Assembly (NCBI GenBank): GCA_035605555.1
Contig: DASTHD010000056.1
Location: 1-42,739 of the forward strand
Source of the DNA: Gaiellaceae bacterium
Lineage (GTDB): Bacteria > Actinomycetota > Thermoleophilia > Gaiellales > Gaiellaceae
Direction of reading: 5' to 3'
DNA: 42,739 bases
Shown: positions 19,212-25,704 of the stretch, piece by piece
How the letters are laid out: the number at the start of each line of letters is the position of its first letter
How positions within the stretch are numbered: position 1 is the stretch's first letter
The notes under the pieces: generated by a model
Told to the model about the DNA's origin: nothing
Database searches by the model: none
The model's input: only the letters and a program-made list of their open reading frames with translations
Translations under genes and position numbers: made by a program

Positions 19212-19625
19212 GTGGCACGATCCAGGGTGGTCGTGGATACGAGTCGGATCGCCGCGTTTCCGGTCTTCGCCGATCTTCCCGCTGCGGAGCTCGACGAGCT
19301 TGCGGCCGCGCTGAACGAGGTCGAGATCGAAGCGGGCGCCAGCGTCGTCACGCTCGACGACTACGGAACCGCCATCTACCTGATCGAAGAGGGCGAGGCC
19401 GATGCCCTCGGTGATGATGGCGAGACGATGCAGGGCCTGGGGCCGGGCGACACCTTTGGCGAGATCGCACTGGTGCTGACGGGACAGCGGACGGCCACCG
19501 TCGTCGCGCGTACGCCGATGCGGCTCCTCTCGCTCTCCGGCCAGGACTTCGACCGCATCCGCCCACGCGTACCCGAGGTCGAGCGCTCGCTGCGCCGGCT
19601 CGGCCTCGAGCGCGCAGAGCGGTAG
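19212..19625 (+). CDS. Stand-alone cyclic-nucleotide-binding domain protein
   Basis: 137 aa with FPVFADLPAAELDELA...GDTFGEIALVLTGQRTATVVA (phosphate-binding cassette FGE..R[TS]A). No output domain. The exact start is uncertain. Confidence 0.8.
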   Translation: MARSRVVVDTSRIAAFPVFADLPAAELDELAAALNEVEIEAGASVVTLDDYGTAIYLIEEGEADALGDDGETMQGLGPGDTFGEIALVLTGQRTATVVARTPMRLLSLSGQDFDRIRPRVPEVERSLRRLGLERAER

Positions 19626-19640
19626 CCCTCCGCACAAAAG

Positions 19641-19712
19641 CGCGCCCGGGAGGATTCGAACCTCCGACCCGCGGATTAGAAGTCCGCTGCTCTTCCACTG
19701 AGCTACGGGCGC
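19641..19712 (-). tRNA. tRNA-Arg (anticodon TCT)
   Basis: Hand-folded: acceptor GCGCCCG/CGGGCGC, anticodon stem GCGGA/TCCGC with loop CT-TCT-AA, T-arm GGAGG-TTCGAAT-CCTCC. 72 nt, no CCA. Confidence 0.9.
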
Positions 19713-19739
19713 TCAGGGGGAAGGGTACCCCCGTTGGGG

Positions 19740-20354
19740 CTAGGTTCTGGCGCCGAAGTCCGCGGTGACGATCGTGACCGCCCGGCCGCTGTAGGCGCCC
19801 GGTGCCGACGAAACCGTCACGGCGCCGATCCCCACCTCGCGCCAGTCGCGCGAGAGCAGGTTCTGCCGATGGGGCGGACTGTTCATCCACTCCCGCACCG
19901 CGAACGACGCGCCGTACGTATCACTCGCCCAGAGGAGGTTCTCGCCGACCGTCCAGGACCGGAAGCCACGCGAGGGGTAGAAGCGCTCGATGCGTCGCCA
20001 GAACGCCGTCCCGTTGGCGCTGTCGTGCTCGAAATAGCCCTTCTGAGCCATGTCGCGCGAGTGGTAGTCGGCCGCTGTGGCGAGGCGCCGGTTCCAGCGC
20101 AGCGGCCGCAGGCCGCGGCCGCGGCGGACGAGGTTGATGCGCTCGACCACGGCGCTCTCCAAGGCGGCGGTCGTCGACTGGGCGCGGCTTCCGCTCTGCG
20201 GGGCCGAGGTGCCTGTCGCGGCCGACGGCGTGCTCAGGGTCTTCAGCCGGGCCTCGACCTGGCGTGAGAGCGAGTCGGTTGTCGCGGCATGCGACGAGGC
20301 GACGGACGAGGCCAACGCCACCAGCGCAACCAGGGTTGCGAGTCCCCCTCGCAT
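19740..20354 (-). CDS. Secreted CAP/SCP/PR-1-like domain protein
   Basis: 204 aa with a signal peptide (MRGGLATLVALVALASSVASSHA). CAP motifs YHSRDMAQKGYFEH and WMNSPPHRQNLL are present. Confidence 0.8.
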   Translation of the reverse strand: MRGGLATLVALVALASSVASSHAATTDSLSRQVEARLKTLSTPSAATGTSAPQSGSRAQSTTAALESAVVERINLVRRGRGLRPLRWNRRLATAADYHSRDMAQKGYFEHDSANGTAFWRRIERFYPSRGFRSWTVGENLLWASDTYGASFAVREWMNSPPHRQNLLSRDWREVGIGAVTVSSAPGAYSGRAVTIVTADFGART

Positions 20355-20419
20355 GTCGTGAACATCGGTTCAGAGCTCCGGAGCGGACCCCCCCAAAAGG
20401 GTGATTCGCCGGGGATGGC

Positions 20420-21544
20420 CTACGGAGCGGCCGCCGGCTCGCCTGGGCTCTCCTGCGGGTGGCGCGACTGCAGCCACGCGTGAACCAGCACCTGGATCGT
20501 GCCGGCGACGGGAATGGCTGCAAGCGCGCCGAGGACACCTGCGACCTTCGCGCCGATCAGGACCGAGATCAGGATCGCGAGCGGCGACAGCTGCACCGTC
20601 CGGCTGTAGACGAGCGGCTGGAGCAGATGATTCTCGATCTGCTGGTAGACGATGAAGAAGACGATCACGATGATCCCGGCCGGGATCGAGTGGATGAAGG
20701 CGACCGACCCGACGATGATCGCGGCGAGCGTGGCGCCCGCGAGCGGGATCAGGTCGAGGATCGCGACGACGAGCCCGAGGGCAACCGCGTACGGCACGCC
20801 GAGGATCAGCAGCACGATCGACGTCGACGCGCCGGCGATCACGCTGATGAACAGATTTCCCGTCACGTAGCCTCCGACGGTCCGGTAGATCTGGTTGCCG
20901 ATGTCGCGCCAGGTGTCGCGGTTCCGCTCCGGGATCAAGGCGTAGAGCCGCTCGATCCACGCCGGCCCCTCGAGGAGCATGAAGAACGTCATGAAGGCAA
21001 TCGTCACGGTCGCGACGATGAAGGTGATGATGCTCTTCGTGATCGCGAGGGCGGTGCCGGAGAGCCCGAAGATGCTTTGGGCGCCGCCGCCCTTCTGGAT
21101 CGCTTCGCGAACCCGGTCCGCGACCTGGTACTTCTCCGAGAGTCGGCCGAGCGGCCCGCGTCCCTCTGAGACGTCGTTGATGTAGTCGGGCAGCGCGGTG
21201 GCGAAGCCGCGCGTCTCGTTCACGAGCGTGGGAATGAAGAGCGCGCCGATCGCGACCAGCCCGGCGATCACGGCGAGGAACGCGATCGCGGCGGCGTACC
21301 CGCGCCGCAGACCGCGCCGCTCGAGCGCGTCCACCGCCGGGTTGAGCGCGAGCGCGAGGAACAGCGCCACCAGCATCCACGTCAGGACCTGCCGCGAGAT
21401 CCAGATCACTTCGAGGACGATCGCGACGCCCAGGATGATCCCGATCACGGCGAGAACCGTCCGCGGGCGGACGGTCACGATCCGCTCAGGCGTGCTCACT
21501 CGGGTGCAGGATCGCGGCTCGGTCGGACGGTCGAGCGCCCGCAA
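20420..21544 (-). CDS. AI-2E (PerM/UPF0118) family transporter
   Basis: 374-aa polytopic membrane protein with the family-typical C-terminal block LGLVVAILDLIPLAGATLAAI. The true start may be an internal GTG (about 21499), because only 15 nt separate 21544 from the divergent gene. Confidence 0.85.
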   Translation of the reverse strand: MRALDRPTEPRSCTRVSTPERIVTVRPRTVLAVIGIILGVAIVLEVIWISRQVLTWMLVALFLALALNPAVDALERRGLRRGYAAAIAFLAVIAGLVAIGALFIPTLVNETRGFATALPDYINDVSEGRGPLGRLSEKYQVADRVREAIQKGGGAQSIFGLSGTALAITKSIITFIVATVTIAFMTFFMLLEGPAWIERLYALIPERNRDTWRDIGNQIYRTVGGYVTGNLFISVIAGASTSIVLLILGVPYAVALGLVVAILDLIPLAGATLAAIIVGSVAFIHSIPAGIIVIVFFIVYQQIENHLLQPLVYSRTVQLSPLAILISVLIGAKVAGVLGALAAIPVAGTIQVLVHAWLQSRHPQESPGEPAAAP

Positions 21545-21559
21545 TGATGAAATGCGGCC

Positions 21560-21856
21560 GTGACGCTGCGCAAGGGACCCGTCGAACGCGAGGTCTCCCT
21601 CCCCGACGGGCGCGTGCTGATCGTCCGCGTCGGTGTCGCGGCGGACGCGTACGTCCCCCGGCGCGACCTCGCCACCGTCTCGCTCGAGCTCGTCGCCTCG
21701 GACGACCGAGTCGAGGCCACGGTGAACACGCTCCTGCGGCCCGACCAGGTGACGGAAGCCCGTAAGCTGCTCGGCGACGTGGCTGCGAAGCTCGAATCCG
21801 GAGAACTGGCTCCGACGGCGGGGGCGATCGAGCCGCTCGCCGACAGCATCTCGTGA
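21560..21856 (+). CDS. Hypothetical protein (98 aa)
   Basis: GTG start, strong third-position GC bias, and the stop overlaps the cyclophilin start (GTGA). I recognise no family. Confidence 0.55.
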   Translation: MTLRKGPVEREVSLPDGRVLIVRVGVAADAYVPRRDLATVSLELVASDDRVEATVNTLLRPDQVTEARKLLGDVAAKLESGELAPTAGAIEPLADSIS

Positions 21857-22314
21857 GCACAGCGACCCTGCACACGAGCGAGGGCCTGATCGAGCTCGAG
21901 CTCTACCCGGACGACGCGCCGAAGACGGTGGAGAACTTCGTCAAGCTCGCCGGCGACGGCTTCTACGAGGGCGTCATCTTCCACCGGGTGATCCCCGACT
22001 TCATGATCCAGGGCGGGGATCCGACCGGCACCGGGATGGGCGGGCCCGGGTACCAGTTCGAGGACGAGTTCAACCAGCATCGCGTCGCCCGCGGCGCGCT
22101 CGCGATGGCGAACGCCGGCCCGAACACGAACGGCAGCCAGTTCTTCATCGTCACGGCCGAGGAGACGCCTTGGCTCGACGGCAAGCACACCGTCTTCGGC
22201 AAGGTCACCTCGGGGATGGACGTCGTCGACCGGATCTCCGGGGTCGACCGCGACGCGAACGATCGCCCGAGGACGCCCGTGACGATCGAGCGCGTCGAGC
22301 TCTCCGACGCCTGA
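21853..22314 (+). CDS. ppiB: Peptidyl-prolyl cis-trans isomerase, cyclophilin type
   Basis: 153 aa with [28 protein letters not shown] and KHTVFGKV. Confidence 0.95.
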   Translation: MSTATLHTSEGLIELELYPDDAPKTVENFVKLAGDGFYEGVIFHRVIPDFMIQGGDPTGTGMGGPGYQFEDEFNQHRVARGALAMANAGPNTNGSQFFIVTAEETPWLDGKHTVFGKVTSGMDVVDRISGVDRDANDRPRTPVTIERVELSDA

Positions 22315-22316
22315 CA

Positions 22317-22387
22317 AGCGGGCGGCGGGAATCGAACCCGCATAACTAGCTTGGAAGGCTAGGGCTCTACCATTGAGCTACGCCCGC
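22317..22387 (-). tRNA. tRNA-Gly (anticodon TCC)
   Basis: Hand-folded: acceptor GCGGGCG/CGCCCGC plus discriminator T, anticodon stem CTAGC/GCTAG with loop CT-TCC-AA, T-arm GCGGG-TTCGATT-CCCGC. 71 nt, no CCA. Confidence 0.9.
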
Positions 22388-22460
22388 GCGCGGCTAGCGT
22401 AGCGGGATCGACCACCGGGATCCCTACACCTGGACGCTCCATCCCGAGGCCACGATTCCG

Positions 22461-23183
22461 GTGCTCGGCCTCGCCGCCGTCTACATCCTCTGGGCGCGGA
22501 CGCACAGGCCCGAATGGTGGCGCGTCGCCTCGTTCGGGACCGGTTGCGGACTGCTCCTCGTCACCGCCGTCAGCCCGCTCGACGCGATGACGTACCACCT
22601 CCTCTCGGCGCACCTGTTGCAGAACGTCGTCCTGGCCGAGTGGGCCCCCGCGCTGCTCGTCGTCGGCATCCCGCCGGCAATCGCCACCGAGCTTGCACGT
22701 CTCCCCGGCGCCCGGACCCTCACCAGGCCGCCCGTCGCGCTCGCGATCTGGCTTGCGATGTACTTCCTCTGGCATCTGCCGGTTCTGTACGACGCCGCCC
22801 TCCGCAGCTTCGCGCTGATCCACCTCGAGCACGTGTGCTATCTCGCCGCCGGCACGCTCCTCTGGTGGCCAGTCTTCCAGGACGTGCCACACCGGGTCTC
22901 GAGCGCGGGGCGGGCGCTGTACCTCTTCGCCGCCTTCGTCCTCGCGAGCCCGATCGGGCTGCTGCTCGCGCTCGTCCCCAACCCCGCCTACGACTGGTAC
23001 GTGGAGGCCGACCGCCTCTGGGGGCTGTCGGCGGAAACCGACCAGCAGATCGCGGGGGTGACGATGTCGGTCGAGCAGGCGATCGTCTTCTTCGCGATCT
23101 TCGCGTTCTTCTTCTTCCGCTTCCTCGGCGAGGAGGAGCGCGTGGGGTCGTCGACGCCGAAAATGGGCCGATCGGCCTATTGA
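22461..23183 (+). CDS. ctaG: Cytochrome c oxidase assembly factor CtaG (Caa3_CtaG family membrane protein)
   Basis: 240 aa from the first canonical start (GTG). Polytopic, with the family-like blocks HLLQNVVLAEWAPALLV and HLEHVCYLAAGTLLWWPV. Family-like sequence continues upstream of the GTG; see the CtaG finding. Confidence 0.8.
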   Translation: MLGLAAVYILWARTHRPEWWRVASFGTGCGLLLVTAVSPLDAMTYHLLSAHLLQNVVLAEWAPALLVVGIPPAIATELARLPGARTLTRPPVALAIWLAMYFLWHLPVLYDAALRSFALIHLEHVCYLAAGTLLWWPVFQDVPHRVSSAGRALYLFAAFVLASPIGLLLALVPNPAYDWYVEADRLWGLSAETDQQIAGVTMSVEQAIVFFAIFAFFFFRFLGEEERVGSSTPKMGRSAY

Positions 23184-23222
23184 AGCTCGGAGGCGCCGCT
23201 GGCAGGGTGAGGGAGCGCGCGA

Positions 23223-23603
23223 ATGCTCAGCTTGCAGGTGGGTACGGAACCGGACGCCGTTCAGGAGACCTTGCTCGGGGAAGCGCTCGAGCATGCCCAT
23301 GTTGGTGCGATCGTCCTCGACGAAAAGGGCCGGTACCTCGCTGCCAACCGCGAGGCGTGCCGGCTGACGGGCTACACCCGCGAGGAGCTCCTGCAGCGAG
23401 GGCCGGCCGACCTGGCGGCCGACGCGAGCGTCGTTTCCTCGCGGCTCGAGGAGATGGAGGCGGGCACCCTGGTGCACGCTGTGACCGAGCTCAGGCGGCG
23501 AGACGGAACCCTGGTGCCGGTCGAGTACCGCGTCGGCCCGACGAGAAGCGGCGGCCTGCCGTACTTCGTGCTCCTCTTCTGGGAGCACGAGGAACGAGCC
23601 TGA
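23223..23603 (+). CDS. Stand-alone PAS-domain protein
   Basis: 126 aa with VGAIVLDEKGRYLAANREACRLTGYTREELL...RRRDGTLVPVEY. GGGAG lies upstream of the ATG. Confidence 0.7.
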   Translation: MLSLQVGTEPDAVQETLLGEALEHAHVGAIVLDEKGRYLAANREACRLTGYTREELLQRGPADLAADASVVSSRLEEMEAGTLVHAVTELRRRDGTLVPVEYRVGPTRSGGLPYFVLLFWEHEERA

Positions 23604-23607
23604 GAGG

Positions 23608-23682
23608 TCGGGACGGCCGGATTCGAACCGGCGACCTCCTGCTCCCAAAGCAGGCGCGCTAACCAGGCTGCGCTACGTCCCG
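23608..23682 (-). tRNA. tRNA-Pro (anticodon TGG)
   Basis: Hand-folded: acceptor CGGGACG/CGTCCCG, anticodon stem CCTGC/GCAGG with loop TT-TGG-GA, T-arm GCCGG-TTCGAAT-CCGGC. 75 nt, no CCA. Confidence 0.9.
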
Positions 23683-23738
23683 GCTTCCTAGTGTAGAGCC
23701 GCGCCGCCGCGTTCCTGCTCGCCGTTAGGCTCGGGCCC

Positions 23739-24662
23739 GTGGCCGAGTCAGCGCGGCATCCGAGGCTCGGCTATGCCATGGCGCTCACAGCCGCCGCGCT
23801 CTGGGCCGTGAACGGCGTGATCTCGAAGGTGATCATCGAGTCCGGCGGCGTCCCCGCCCAACGGCTGACCGAGGTCCGGACGACGGGCGCCTTCGCGATC
23901 CTCTTCGTCGTCCTGGCGCTGGCGCGACCCGGGAGCCTTCGGGTCCGGCGGGAGGAGCTGCCGGTGCTCGTGACGTTCGGCGTGCTCGGACTCGCGCTCG
24001 TGCAGTGGTTCTACTTCGTGGCGATCAGCCGTCTGGACATCGGCGTGGCGCTGCTGATCCAGTACGTCGCGCCCGTGCTCGTCGCGCTCTGGGCCCGCTT
24101 CGTCTACCACGAGCCGGTCCGGCGACGGATCTGGGCCGCGCTCTGCCTCTCGATCGTCGGGGTGGCGCTGCTCGTGCAGCTCTGGGAAGGGCTGACGCTC
24201 GACCGCGTCGGCGTCGCCGCCGCGATCGGCTCGGCGATCACATTCTCCATCTACGTCCTCTCCGCGGAACGCGCGGTTCGCCGCCGCGACCCGGTCTCGC
24301 TCGTCTGTTACGGCTTCCTGCTGGCGACGGTCTTCTGGGCGGTGGTCCAACCGCTCTGGACGTTCCCACTCGACCGCGTGGACGACACGGTGTCGCTGCT
24401 CGGACGCCTCGACGACATCTCCCTTCCGGTGTGGCTGTTGATGGCCTGGATGGTCGTCCTGGGGACGATCATCCCGTTCGCGCTGCTGGCCGCGTCGCTT
24501 CGTCACATCCCGGCTTCACGAGCCGCGATCACCGCCATGTTCGAGCCAGTCGCCGCCACGGCATTTGCCTACGCATGGCTCGGAGAAGCGCTCACGGCGG
24601 CCCAGCTGATCGGCGGAATCGTCGTCCTTGCAGGGATTTCTCTGGCTCAAACCGCAAGGTAA
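23739..24662 (+). CDS. EamA/DMT-superfamily transporter
   Basis: 307 aa, about 10 TM helices in two EamA-like halves. Confidence 0.88.
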   Translation: MAESARHPRLGYAMALTAAALWAVNGVISKVIIESGGVPAQRLTEVRTTGAFAILFVVLALARPGSLRVRREELPVLVTFGVLGLALVQWFYFVAISRLDIGVALLIQYVAPVLVALWARFVYHEPVRRRIWAALCLSIVGVALLVQLWEGLTLDRVGVAAAIGSAITFSIYVLSAERAVRRRDPVSLVCYGFLLATVFWAVVQPLWTFPLDRVDDTVSLLGRLDDISLPVWLLMAWMVVLGTIIPFALLAASLRHIPASRAAITAMFEPVAATAFAYAWLGEALTAAQLIGGIVVLAGISLAQTAR

Positions 24663-24677
24663 AGAAGATGTGAAGCC

Positions 24678-24693
24678 TCACCCATTCGGGTGA
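24678..24693 (+). terminator. Short hairpin TCACCC-ATTC-GGGTGA 16 nt after the eamA stop (weak terminator candidate)
   Basis: Perfect 6-bp stem seen in the sequence. There is no U-tract. Confidence 0.25.
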
Positions 24694-24729
24694 TGCGCCG
24701 TCCGCGGCGTATGTAACACTGCCGCCCTC

Positions 24730-25230
24730 GTGCGGGGGGGCCGCACACCCTTCGCCCTGACGGTCGCGGTGGTCGCGCTTCTTCTTTCGCCCAGCGCATC
24801 GCCTGCCGAACTGGTTGGGGCCACGAGCGTTTCGACGCTCAGTGCTCAGGAGCAGAGTCTGCTGGCTGCAATCAACGCTGCACGGGCCGCAAACGGCGCG
24901 CCGCCGCTCAGGATCGGCGCCAGGCTCCAGCGCGCGGCGGATGCGCATTCGGCGGCCATGGCGCGCAGCGGCTCGTTCACCCACGGCAACTGGTACCGGC
25001 GGCTGCGGGCGCACGGCGTCCGTGGACGCACTCTCGGCGAGACGATCGCCTGGGGCGTCGGCTCCGCCGGGACCGCGCAGGCGATCGTGGCCATGTGGAT
25101 GGCGAGCCCGCCCCACCGGGCGACGATGCTGCGGCCGGGCTTCCGGCGGGTCGGAGTCGGCATCGCGATCGGGCACATGAGCGGCTACTCGGGCGCGCGG
25201 GTCGCCACCGCCGACTTCTCCGGCAGCTGA
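24730..25230 (+). CDS. Secreted CAP/SCP/PR-1-like domain protein (second copy)
   Basis: 166 aa with a signal peptide (LTVAVVALLLSPSASPA). LLAAINAARAANGAPPL, HSAAMARSGSFTH and WMASPPHRATML are present. Confidence 0.8.
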   Translation: MRGGRTPFALTVAVVALLLSPSASPAELVGATSVSTLSAQEQSLLAAINAARAANGAPPLRIGARLQRAADAHSAAMARSGSFTHGNWYRRLRAHGVRGRTLGETIAWGVGSAGTAQAIVAMWMASPPHRATMLRPGFRRVGVGIAIGHMSGYSGARVATADFSGS

Positions 25231-25235
25231 CCGCC

Positions 25236-25670
25236 CTACTCGACGAGCAGCTCGCGCAGCTCAGCGATCTTCTCGCGCCGTAGGTCGTCGCGCTCGCCGC
25301 GCCGGACGCGATCGAGCAGCCCCTCGACGACCGACGCGAGCTCGACCGGGTTGAACGGCTTCGTGATGTAGTCGACGCCGCCGAGCTCGAGCCCCCTCGC
25401 CCGGTCGCGGAGCTCCGCGCGGGCGGTCAGGAACACGAGCGGGATCTGGTTCGTCTCCTCGCTCTCGAAGAGGCGCTCGGCGACCTGCCAGCCGTCCATG
25501 CCCGGCATCATCACGTCGAGCAGCACGACGTCGGGCAGCTCGGCGCGCGCCGTCATCAGTCCCTCCTCGCCGTCCGCGGCCTCGAGCACCTCCATCCCCT
25601 CGGCCTCGAGGTTGACCCGGCATAGAAGCCGGATCGGCGGCTCGTCGTCTACTACCAGGACCTTTGTCAC
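25236..25670 (-). CDS. Single-domain response regulator (receiver only)
   Basis: I chose GTG 25670 (144 aa): VTKVLVVDDEPPIR...LLDVMMPGMDG (phospho-Asp)...YITKPF. There is no output domain, only a short helical tail. It lies 34 nt downstream of the kinase. Confidence 0.88.
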   Translation of the reverse strand: MTKVLVVDDEPPIRLLCRVNLEAEGMEVLEAADGEEGLMTARAELPDVVLLDVMMPGMDGWQVAERLFESEETNQIPLVFLTARAELRDRARGLELGGVDYITKPFNPVELASVVEGLLDRVRRGERDDLRREKIAELRELLVE

Positions 25671-25704
25671 GCTCGGCCCTCTGTATACCCGCGGACTCGG
25701 CTGG

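Noticed and set aside
14479-23607. Inter-tRNA modules as classical tRNA-targeted integrative islands
   Set aside because: There is no integrase, excisionase, transposase or conjugation gene. I could not find direct repeats duplicating any tRNA 3-prime half. The architecture is kept only as an observation.
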